From IMG/VR virus record IMGVR_UViG_3300044512_000579, positions 1-26,004 of that record: a stretch of 26,004 nucleotides of DNA; one strand, written 5' to 3'. Numbering within the stretch: position 1 is the first letter of the stretch; each line of letters starts with the position of its first letter. A model generated the notes under the pieces. That model was not told the origin of the DNA, did not search any database, and worked only from the letters and a program-made list of their open reading frames with translations. This document shows positions 18,430 through 25,599 of the stretch, one piece after another. Source of the DNA: a virus. Its lineage: Duplodnaviria; Caudoviricetes. A program made the position numbers and the translations under genes.

Positions 18430-18863
18430 TGGTAAACGGAAGAAATAAAGGTGCGGCTTTTGAGAGAGTTATAGTTAATAAACTTAATGCAGTGTTAGAA
18501 GAAAAAGGTTTAGAGGAGAGAGTTAAAAGAAATCTAGACCAGTATCAAACTAAAGGTATGGCTGATATTTATTTCAGAAACTTTGCTATTGAATGTAAAA
18601 GATATAAAAACAATGGCAAGCAGAACATTTACAAGAACGAATGGTGGCAACAAGCAGTTGATAGTGCTGGTGATAACTTAATACCTATATTGATATACAA
18701 GTTTGATAGAAGAAGCATTATGGCTGTAGTTCCATTATTTTTAATGAACAACTTTGATAAGGCTAATTGGGAATGCACATATATGTGTCCTTTATCAGAT
18801 ATATGTGAAAGGTTAGATGAAATCATACAAAGAGCAGATGGATTTAAACAGCTACCTGCTTGA
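18429..18863 (+). CDS. Holliday junction resolvase-like (Hjc-type PD-(D/E)XK) nuclease
   Basis: GRNKGAAFER, ADI, FAIECKR, WWQQA and PILIYKFDR motifs. Confidence 0.8.
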   Translation: MVNGRNKGAAFERVIVNKLNAVLEEKGLEERVKRNLDQYQTKGMADIYFRNFAIECKRYKNNGKQNIYKNEWWQQAVDSAGDNLIPILIYKFDRRSIMAVVPLFLMNNFDKANWECTYMCPLSDICERLDEIIQRADGFKQLPA

Positions 18864-19026
18864 GCAGGATTTTGAAGATTATTGTAGGTTTGCCTATGAC
18901 AAGATTCAAAATGCCTGTAATTTTCTTGGCATTATAAATGACGAGGATTATGAAAGTTTTAAGGAAAGGTGTTATACCCAACTTGAAACTGATTATTTAA
19001 ACAGTATTGAGAAAACAATACATTAA
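18817..19026 (+). CDS. Small acidic hypothetical protein (start may be 18838)
   Basis: ORF fills the gap in the operon. Confidence 0.65.
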   Translation: MKSYKEQMDLNSYLLEQDFEDYCRFAYDKIQNACNFLGIINDEDYESFKERCYTQLETDYLNSIEKTIH

Positions 19027-19041
19027 CCATAGGAGAGTATT

Positions 19042-19665
19042 ATGGATATATTAGGTGGAATGAGTAATTCCAATGGAGATAGCAAAGACTACTATCTTGC
19101 TTTTAAAACAGCAGATCAGAAGTTCTTTGTTAATGGTAAAACGCCAATTGATTTTAAATATTTGCAGTTAGACCCTGCAACATTTAAGTCAGGCTGGGGT
19201 CGTTATGCTGGTGAATATCAGTATCAATGGGACAGCAAATTTGGTGAAGCAGCACCCAAGCCTGCTGAAGATTGGAAGAGAGCCTTTAGTTGTGTAGTTA
19301 TGCCTTACGGACATGACCATGCACTTATTTGGAGCAGATTCACTTATGCTGAATCAAGTGCTTTTAATAAGATACTAACTGGCTTTTGGAATCAAATGGA
19401 TGCAAATAGCGGTTCTTTACCTGTAGTTGAGTATTTAGGCTCAAAAGAAATACAGGTAGGAATTGGTAGATCATCTGAGCTTGATTTTAAATTTAGTAAG
19501 TTTGCACCTAGATTTGATGGTTTTGAAATACCACCTTTCTACGATAATGATGATGGTGCTACTTTAGTTGACGATGGATTTAAAAGTCCAAATGAAGGTC
19601 TTGCTGATAAAGTAGCGGAGATGGTAAATCAGAATGAATTAACTGATGACGATATACCATTCTAA
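19042..19665 (+). CDS. Putative single-stranded DNA-binding protein
   Basis: Acidic C-terminus ending DDDIPF, aromatic-rich core, AGGAGAG RBS; precedes primase-helicase. Confidence 0.65.
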   Translation: MDILGGMSNSNGDSKDYYLAFKTADQKFFVNGKTPIDFKYLQLDPATFKSGWGRYAGEYQYQWDSKFGEAAPKPAEDWKRAFSCVVMPYGHDHALIWSRFTYAESSAFNKILTGFWNQMDANSGSLPVVEYLGSKEIQVGIGRSSELDFKFSKFAPRFDGFEIPPFYDNDDGATLVDDGFKSPNEGLADKVAEMVNQNELTDDDIPF

Positions 19666-21659
19666 TGCAACAGGTAGATTGGATTAAAATAGCACCTGAA
19701 GTTGCTAAGCAACTATTAGGAGAACCCTCTAGCACCTCATCTGAACAATTAAGATGGGGTCGCAAGGGGTCAATGGCTCTCAATCTATCAGAGGGGACTT
19801 TTTACGATCATGAAGCAGGAGTAGGGGGTGGAGTTATTGATTTAATAAAACATCTAAATCAAGATGTCAGTACAGTTTTAAAACAGTTTGGTTATGACCT
19901 AGCATTACATTCTAATGACTCCTTATTAAGCGGCTTTTCCCCCTTAAACAAAAAAGTCGCAAGTAATGTTAGGTCATTCGATAGAGAGCAAATGATTGAC
20001 TTATACAAACAGTCAATCGTTAGTCTTAAATATAGCAATAATTTTATTGTTCTTAGATTCCCTGAAGGTCATGCTATAAAACAGAAATATGCACCATTTA
20101 CACTAGGTGCTGATGGTTTATGGCATCTAAAACGACCTGAGAGTCCTCTCATGCCAATTTACTATACGGATAAGTACCCTACCAAGCCAATCGTAGTAAA
20201 TGAGGGTGAGAAGGCTCTAAAGGGCTGTGAGGCAATTATTGGTGATAAACTTGATTCTTGTACTTGGCATGGTGGAGTTAATAGTTGGAAGAAAGCAGAC
20301 TGGAAGCCTATATTAAATAGAGATGTATGGATATTTCCTGATAATGATAAAGCAGGTACAGATTGTGCAGAAGAATTAGCTGAGCATTTAAGGAAAAAAG
20401 GATGCAAATCAATAAAGATAATCAAGCCACCCAAAAGATTCGAAGATAAAGACGATCTTTACGATGCTTATGATAGAGGTGACTTTAAATCAGCAGATCA
20501 TTTCATTCGTTACGCCAATTTGCAAAAACAAAAGTTACCTGCTGGTGCTTTACGTTTTCAAAGAGCAGATTATGTGATATCGCAGGTAACGAATCCTGAT
20601 TGGCTGATAACAGATGTCTTTGAACGCAATCGTTTGATAACTGTATTTGGTGAGCCGAAATCAGGCAAATCGTTTATTGCGATAGCTATGGCTTGTGCTG
20701 TAGCAAGAGGTACTGATTTCTATGGTCATACTACAAAAAAAGCACCTGTAGTATATCTTGCAGGTGAGGGTTTGGCTGGGGTACGTAGGAGACTTTCAGC
20801 CGCAAATCAATATTTTAAGAAGATAGACCCAACCGAAGAAGATGAAGGTCTTAAAGATGTACCTTTGTTTTTATCTAATAGAGGATCAAGAATTAATGAA
20901 GCTGATGAATATGAGAAGTTAGTAGATGAAATTAATTTGCTTAAAGAACAAGAAAAGCAAATTGGTTTAATTATCTTTGATACGTTTCAGCGTAACTTTA
21001 GTGGTGATGAGAACTCAGCACAAGAGGTCAATAAGTTTGTCAAAGCCGCAGATCAATTGATTCATGACTTTGATTGTACAGTATTGCTTGTGCATCATAC
21101 TGGCAGAGGTAATAAAGGTAGAGCTAGAGGTAGTTCTGTTCTTGATGCTTCTATTGATGGTGAGTTCTTAGTTGAGAGAAAGGATAAGACTATTGATGGT
21201 CAGGAAAAGATGTTAGTCAAGATGAAACAGACCAAGAATAAAGATGGCATGGGTATGGCAGAGAAGAACTTTGAATTCCATGAAGAAAGAATTGTTGGTG
21301 AAGGTCTTGATGTTACTTCAGGATTGTTGATTAAGACTGATTCAGAGATTGAATCTGATGAGGAAACACAATCAAAGATAGATCATATAGTAGATAAAAA
21401 GATAGTGGGTTTAATGTACTCATTAGCACTAGATGAGGAAAAACCTGAAGAAAAATGGTTTACACACTCTACTTTTGGGCATCATGCAGTTTTTAACGGA
21501 AGTGGCAAGCCAATTGGTAGAGATAACACAAATAATGCTTTTAAAAGATTAGAAAAGGCTGGAATTGTAGTTCAAGCTAAAAGAGATGAAAATGCTGTAG
21601 TTAAGCAGGGTTACAGGCTAGTTGACTTCAGACCTTATGAAGATTATGAGCTATTATAA
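19665..21659 (+). CDS. Primase-helicase (TOPRIM + RepA-like AAA_25 helicase)
   Basis: VVNEGEKA and IFPDNDKAG (TOPRIM); GEPKSGKS Walker A; YLAGEG; IIFDT Walker B; VHHTG...RGSS. Confidence 0.9.
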   Translation: MQQVDWIKIAPEVAKQLLGEPSSTSSEQLRWGRKGSMALNLSEGTFYDHEAGVGGGVIDLIKHLNQDVSTVLKQFGYDLALHSNDSLLSGFSPLNKKVASNVRSFDREQMIDLYKQSIVSLKYSNNFIVLRFPEGHAIKQKYAPFTLGADGLWHLKRPESPLMPIYYTDKYPTKPIVVNEGEKALKGCEAIIGDKLDSCTWHGGVNSWKKADWKPILNRDVWIFPDNDKAGTDCAEELAEHLRKKGCKSIKIIKPPKRFEDKDDLYDAYDRGDFKSADHFIRYANLQKQKLPAGALRFQRADYVISQVTNPDWLITDVFERNRLITVFGEPKSGKSFIAIAMACAVARGTDFYGHTTKKAPVVYLAGEGLAGVRRRLSAANQYFKKIDPTEEDEGLKDVPLFLSNRGSRINEADEYEKLVDEINLLKEQEKQIGLIIFDTFQRNFSGDENSAQEVNKFVKAADQLIHDFDCTVLLVHHTGRGNKGRARGSSVLDASIDGEFLVERKDKTIDGQEKMLVKMKQTKNKDGMGMAEKNFEFHEERIVGEGLDVTSGLLIKTDSEIESDEETQSKIDHIVDKKIVGLMYSLALDEEKPEEKWFTHSTFGHHAVFNGSGKPIGRDNTNNAFKRLEKAGIVVQAKRDENAVVKQGYRLVDFRPYEDYELL

Positions 21660-21664
21660 TGCTA

Positions 21665-21785
21665 GAGTGTGTAAGTGTGTAAACGAGTGTGTAAGTGTGT
21701 AGCGGTACATTATATAAGTGTGTGTGTGTGTAGTAGTCCGTAAGGACTACACAGATACACACTTAGATGTACACACAAAACACAG
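21665..21785. repeat. Origin-like element: GTGTGT direct repeats plus imperfect palindrome
   Basis: GAGTGTGTAAGTGTGTA twice (21665, 21685); hairpin GTAGTCC-GTAA-GGACTAC at 21733-21750; mirrored ACACAC motifs on the right. Confidence 0.7.
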
Positions 21786-21795
21786 GATATAAAAT

Positions 21796-22290
21796 ATGAG
21801 TAATTATTTAGAAGAATCTTTAAAAGATAAATTAAAACAACTTAGAGTTTATGAAGCTGAAACTAAAGTTAAGTGGGGTAATTTTAAACGAATCTATAAA
21901 ATGGTAGGTGTTGACTTTGAGATCAAGTTTATCAAAGCAGAACAGTTGTTAAAAACATCTTTACGAGAAGATGAACCTAAAAAGCAAATTGCAATGGTAG
22001 AGATGATGATGAGGGCTTATGAGCAATTAAATATCAAATGTGAAGAAAGTGGTTACATTATGATTCAACCAAATGCAAAATGTTTTACCTTTGATAAAAA
22101 GACTGCATTGGTTTGTGATACTGATGATGAGAAGCCAACATTAGAATTAATACACAAAGATGAAAAAGATATTATGATATTTAGCATTGAAGAATTATTA
22201 AGATGTATTCCTGATGATTTTATGAAAGCAAAAGAACTTTTAAGCAAATTAGATAAATCTGTAAATATCCAAAGAGTAGATTATGTCTAG
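21796..22290 (+). CDS. Hypothetical protein
   Basis: 164-aa ORF with AGGA RBS. Confidence 0.8.
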   Translation: MSNYLEESLKDKLKQLRVYEAETKVKWGNFKRIYKMVGVDFEIKFIKAEQLLKTSLREDEPKKQIAMVEMMMRAYEQLNIKCEESGYIMIQPNAKCFTFDKKTALVCDTDDEKPTLELIHKDEKDIMIFSIEELLRCIPDDFMKAKELLSKLDKSVNIQRVDYV

Positions 22291-22414
22291 TTGGCACGGA
22301 GGAAAAGGAAGCAAACGTAGACCTGAAGATTCTAAGAAGTTAGATGCAAATTGGGAAAAAGTATTTGGAAAAAAGAAAAAGGAGAAAAAAGATGCCGATA
22401 AAACTAAAACCTAG
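22283..22414 (+). CDS. 43-aa basic peptide (not in track)
   Basis: MSSWHGGKGSKRRPEDSKKLDANWEKVFGKKK...; overlaps both neighbours. Confidence 0.7.
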   Translation: MSSWHGGKGSKRRPEDSKKLDANWEKVFGKKKKEKKDADKTKT

Positions 22415-22574
22415 TGCCAAGATTAGAGATAGAGCTACAGGCAAATTAAGTATTGAACATTATTATTTGAAGTGTATGACAGTTTCAGAACTTAATGATT
22501 ATATTGAATCACCAAGTGCAAAGAAAAAGGTCATACAAAAATGTAAGAATGAATTAGTAAGGAGAAGCAAATGA
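22392..22574 (+). CDS. Hypothetical basic protein
   Basis: AAGGAG before ATG 22392; in frame with the track ORF. Confidence 0.7.
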   Translation: MPIKLKPSAKIRDRATGKLSIEHYYLKCMTVSELNDYIESPSAKKKVIQKCKNELVRRSK

Positions 22575-22789
22575 GTGATCTAGTAAACAAGCCACCGCAT
22601 TACAATAAAGGCAAATTGGAATGTATCGACTACATAAAACAACAGTTAGGTGCAAATTTCCCCTCGTACCTTGAAGGTAATGCAATTAAGTACCTACACA
22701 GGCATAAATATAAAGATGCCAATATTCAAGACTTAGATAAAGCAATTTGGTATATTAATAAATTAAAAGAACATTACGAGAACTTATAA
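22571..22789 (+). CDS. DUF3310 (SaV / T7 gp1.7-like) protein
   Basis: VNKPPHY...ECID...GNAIKYL.R..K....DL.KA.WY signature. Confidence 0.88.
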   Translation: MSDLVNKPPHYNKGKLECIDYIKQQLGANFPSYLEGNAIKYLHRHKYKDANIQDLDKAIWYINKLKEHYENL

Positions 22790-22959
22790 TGAGCAATAAA
22801 CCGCAAATTGATGTTTCGCAACTTAAAAGGCAAATCGATAAAGGCAAATCGCTAAACGAGGTAGTCATGTCTTTAGGTAGAAGCAAATCGACTATTCTTA
22901 AAGTAGCGAATGAAAATGGTTTAAAGTTCAATAAAAAAAGCCATTGGGCAAATTTATAA
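22789..22959 (+). CDS. 56-aa helix-turn-helix protein (not in track)
   Basis: MSNKPQIDVSQLKRQIDKGKSLNEVVMSLGRSKSTILKVANENGLKF...; TAATG coupling to the previous gene. Confidence 0.72.
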   Translation: MSNKPQIDVSQLKRQIDKGKSLNEVVMSLGRSKSTILKVANENGLKFNKKSHWANL

Positions 22960-23021
22960 TTAAGGCAAATTTAGTATTGATGCAAATTTACTTTTAAGGC
23001 AAATTTAGTATTAAGGCAAAT
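22946..23021 (+). repeat. 17-bp tandem array 1 (5 units, core GCAAATTTA)
   Basis: GCAAAT at 22948, 22965, 22982, 22999 and 23016. Confidence 0.95.
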
Positions 23022-23678
23022 ATGGATATACAAGTAAAAACTGATCTCAAGAAACTCCAAAAGAAAATGGACGTTTTGCAACATAAGACTTTCAACAAAG
23101 TTCTAAGTGAAGGCATGAACTATACTGGTGCTAAAGTTGTCAATGCTCATAGAGAGATGCTTCTCAGAAAACTAGAGAAACCTAGAAAAACATCAATAAC
23201 TGCTATTGTCATGTCTCAGTTTGCTAAACCTAATAAGAGAGGTCTAAAAGTTACAGTTAGAGTTAAGAGTTATGCTACGAAGTTCTTATATTATATCTAT
23301 ACTGGAGAAAACGAACCTGCAAGAAGTCAAAGTTATCCTTCTCCTACTGATGATGCTATGGGTAGAAGAAACCAGTTTGGTAACATTGTTACACAAAGAG
23401 GTATATTAAAAAGACTAGATAAGACTAAAGAATCTCAGAGAAAAGGCTCACGTTTTATTGGTGTACCTAAAGGGAAAGGATCTAAAGTCTATGGTATATG
23501 GGAGAGACAAGGGAGAAAGGGTAGAGGTGGCTTAGACTTGCTTGTAGCCTTTACTCCATTTATTAGACATAGAAAGTTCATTGATTGGTTTAAGTTATCT
23601 CAGAAGGTAGTACAGAATAACTTTTATAAAGAAGTGAATAAACAGTTTGCTAGAAGAGTTAAGCAAGTTCTAAGATAA
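23022..23678 (+). CDS. Basic protein resembling tail-completion / minor tail protein (lambda Z or HK97 gp10-like)
   Basis: MDIQVKTDLKKL...GMNYTGAKV N-terminus, GIWER motif, very K/R-rich. Confidence 0.55.
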   Translation: MDIQVKTDLKKLQKKMDVLQHKTFNKVLSEGMNYTGAKVVNAHREMLLRKLEKPRKTSITAIVMSQFAKPNKRGLKVTVRVKSYATKFLYYIYTGENEPARSQSYPSPTDDAMGRRNQFGNIVTQRGILKRLDKTKESQRKGSRFIGVPKGKGSKVYGIWERQGRKGRGGLDLLVAFTPFIRHRKFIDWFKLSQKVVQNNFYKEVNKQFARRVKQVLR

Positions 23679-23722
23679 AGGCAAATTTACCATTAAGGCA
23701 AATTTACCTTTACCGCAAATTA
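23679..23722 (+). repeat. 17-bp tandem array 2 (3 units)
   Basis: GCAAAT at 23681, 23698 and 23715, between convergent stop codons. Confidence 0.92.
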
Positions 23723-24088
23723 CTTATAAAATACTTTTTCCATCCATTCACAAGCCTTAAGATAATCTTTGGGAACTTGATTATTTTTTAATGCTTTATA
23801 ATATTTTTTATCTATCATTGACTCTACTGGTATTTTTGTAACTTTACTTATGATTTCCCATTGTTTGGCACCAACCTCAGTAAAGTCTATTCCAAGTTTT
23901 AAAGCCTTGTGATGTATTCTTCTTCTTTGAGTAACACTTATATCTCTTAAAGTATGTTTATATTCATGACTCCAAAAATAAGCAACGCCCATATAATCTT
24001 CTGTACCTATAAACTTTTTATCTAGTTTATATATTTCACTTGAAGCACCCCAAGATATTGCGTTAAGATTTATTGCATAATCACTCAT
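23720..24088 (-). CDS. Hypothetical protein
   Basis: 122-aa ORF with GGAGAGGA RBS. Confidence 0.8.
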   Translation of the reverse strand: MSDYAINLNAISWGASSEIYKLDKKFIGTEDYMGVAYFWSHEYKHTLRDISVTQRRRIHHKALKLGIDFTEVGAKQWEIISKVTKIPVESMIDKKYYKALKNNQVPKDYLKACEWMEKVFYK

Positions 24089-24098
24089 CTTCCTCTCC

Positions 24099-24257
24099 TT
24101 ATATTAAACATTCTGTTACTATTTCCGCTTCTTTTTTTGATATATCGGTAAGCGTTGAGCCGATCAAAATTAATGCCAATTGCTTTCTTTTATATTCAGG
24201 CAAATTTAATAATTCTTTTGCTATCTCAGAAAGTTCTAAGCTGTTTTTAATATTCAT
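24099..24257 (-). CDS. 52-aa hypothetical protein (not in track)
   Basis: AAGGAG RBS; MNIKNSLELSEIAKELLNLPEYKRKQLALILIG... Confidence 0.72.
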   Translation of the reverse strand: MNIKNSLELSEIAKELLNLPEYKRKQLALILIGSTLTDISKKEAEIVTECLI

Positions 24258-24261
24258 TGTC

Positions 24262-24399
24262 TTACTCCTTTGTTATTCCTAACTCGGCTAGTTCTTCCTT
24301 GCTACAACCTTCGTAGTAATAAATTAAAAGTTCATAAGCTAATTCTTTTAGCTCATCTTCTTCTTCAACTCTTTTTCTTGCATATTCTTCTAAGTTCAT
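24262..24399 (-). CDS. 45-aa acidic peptide (not in track)
   Basis: AGGGGG RBS; MNLEEYARKRVEEEDELKELAYELLIYYYEGCSKEELAELGITKE. Confidence 0.72.
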   Translation of the reverse strand: MNLEEYARKRVEEEDELKELAYELLIYYYEGCSKEELAELGITKE

Positions 24400-24410
24400 T
24401 ATTTCCCCCT

Positions 24411-24590
24411 TTATATTTCGTTTGTTTTAATTTTCTTGTTATCTACATAATATTCATATTTTATTTTACAAACATAATCAGATACTGTTTCGTCTACCTC
24501 ACCTTCAGAGTAAAGACTGTCTAATTCTTTTAAGTCTTTGACTTCTATATTTCCACAATTTACAGTAGTTTTTTTAATTTCAACTATCAT
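24411..24590 (-). CDS. 59-aa hypothetical protein (not in track)
   Basis: AAGGAG RBS; ATGA overlap; MIVEIKKTTVNCGNIEVKDLKELDSLYSEG... Confidence 0.72.
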   Translation of the reverse strand: MIVEIKKTTVNCGNIEVKDLKELDSLYSEGEVDETVSDYVCKIKYEYYVDNKKIKTNEI

Positions 24591-24814
24591 TGTCTTGCTC
24601 CTTTAATTTTTTTTAATGTTTCTTTTGCTTCTTGATAAAAATGCAAATCGTTAGGCATACAAGTTGATATGCCCTCCGCATAATCACAATCAAAGCAATG
24701 CTCTATAGGTTTACTTTTATCTTGATTATTTTTATTAAAGTTTATATTTGCACTTCCGCAACTGGCACAGACTTCTATGCCTTCTTCTACTATTTCTTGA
24801 TATGAATAATTCAT
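24587..24814 (-). CDS. Small zinc-ribbon-like protein (CxxC...CxxC)
   Basis: CASCGS and HCFDC motifs; ATG 24814 follows TAAGGAG. Confidence 0.75.
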   Translation of the reverse strand: MNYSYQEIVEEGIEVCASCGSANINFNKNNQDKSKPIEHCFDCDYAEGISTCMPNDLHFYQEAKETLKKIKGARQ

Positions 24815-24820
24815 GTTATT

Positions 24821-24879
24821 TAACTCCTTACTTTTATTTAACATAAACTTATTATATATAAAAATATATAAATACACAA
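24821..24879 (-). promoter_or_regulatory. Sigma70-like promoter plus conserved leader/RBS
   Basis: - strand TTGTGT (24879-24874), 17-nt spacer, TATAAT (24856-24851); leader identical to 16510-16534. Confidence 0.75.
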
Positions 24880-24886
24880 TACTTAA

Positions 24887-25056
24887 ATGCAAATTTATTT
24901 TTAAGGCAAATTTAAGATCAAGGCAAATACTGTTTTGATGCAAATTTACTTTTGATGCAAATTTACTTTTGATCCAAATTTATAATCAAGGCAAATTTAC
25001 TTTTGATCCAAATTTATAATCAAGGCAAATTTACTTTCAAGGCAAATTTATATCTT
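24887..25056 (+). repeat. 17-bp tandem array 3 (10 units)
   Basis: (G/C)CAAAT at 24889, 24906, 24923, 24940, 24957, 24974, 24991, 25008, 25025 and 25042. Confidence 0.97.
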
Positions 25057-25228
25057 GAATCAAAAAATCACCGCAAGAAAAAAAAGAAACCAAAAGAAGC
25101 AACAGAGAAAAAAACAAGGCACGGAGAAGCCACCTATTGCAATATAAATATATATAGATAGTAAAGCTAGGGTTACATATTAAAACGTCTTAGAAAGGCT
25201 CTCAGGCTCTCCTATATATTCAAGGCAT

Positions 25229-25252
25229 AAAAAAGGCGGTAATAATACCGCC
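25229..25252 (-). terminator. Rho-independent terminator
   Basis: Stem GGCGGTA/TACCGCC (25235-25252) followed by T6 on the - strand, downstream of the 25274..25468 gene. Confidence 0.88.
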
Positions 25253-25273
25253 CTTTATTAGTTAGATTAAATA

Positions 25274-25468
25274 TTAATTAGCTGTAGACCAATAACCATT
25301 TGCAAAGCATCTAGTATCAGAGGGGACAACAAATATATCTTGTAATTCATCCTCGTCAAATCTCTCATATAAAAACTCTATACCATGATCAAAGGTTTTA
25401 AATGTTTTATTTGGAAACATTCTATTATATGCCCAATCAATAATTTTATATTTTTTTTCTTGTTTCAT
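25274..25468 (-). CDS. Hypothetical protein
   Basis: 64-aa ORF with AGGGG RBS. Confidence 0.75.
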   Translation of the reverse strand: MKQEKKYKIIDWAYNRMFPNKTFKTFDHGIEFLYERFDEDELQDIFVVPSDTRCFANGYWSTAN

Positions 25469-25470
25469 TA

Positions 25471-25599
25471 TTAACCCCTTTTTTTAAGTTCAATTTTTGC
25501 TTCTTGTAGTCTTTTATTTTCCTCTGTAGTGTTTAATAGTTCTAACATACTCAAGGCTTTTATTATTTGTTTTAATTCCCATGTAGACTTATTTTCCAT
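25471..25599 (-). CDS. 42-aa hypothetical protein (not in track)
   Basis: AAGGGG RBS; MENKSTWELKQIIKALSMLELLNTTEENKRLQEAKIELKKRG. Confidence 0.75.
   Translation of the reverse strand: MENKSTWELKQIIKALSMLELLNTTEENKRLQEAKIELKKRG

Noticed and set aside
21718-21731. (TG)n as a simple microsatellite or eukaryotic contamination
   Set aside because: It is part of a larger symmetric element between intact phage genes.
3712-22247. - strand ORFs at 3712, 17283, 18629, 19580, 20162 and 22065
   Set aside because: They lie opposite well-supported + strand genes and have no motifs.
16510-24845. 25-bp inverted repeat as ends of a transposon or invertible segment
   Set aside because: No transposase or recombinase is in the window, and both copies sit exactly between a -10 box and an ATG, which a shared leader explains better.
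24815-24943. N-terminal extension of the 24587..24943 ORF (likewise track starts 1210, 15490, 16511, 18132, 22344)
   Set aside because: These extensions run through promoters, arrays, hairpins or upstream genes; downstream ATGs have better RBS context or gene coupling.
24887-25056. 17-bp arrays as a CRISPR or mini-CRISPR array
   Set aside because: The period is only 17 bp, linkers of about 6 nt recur rather than being unique spacers, and no cas genes are present.
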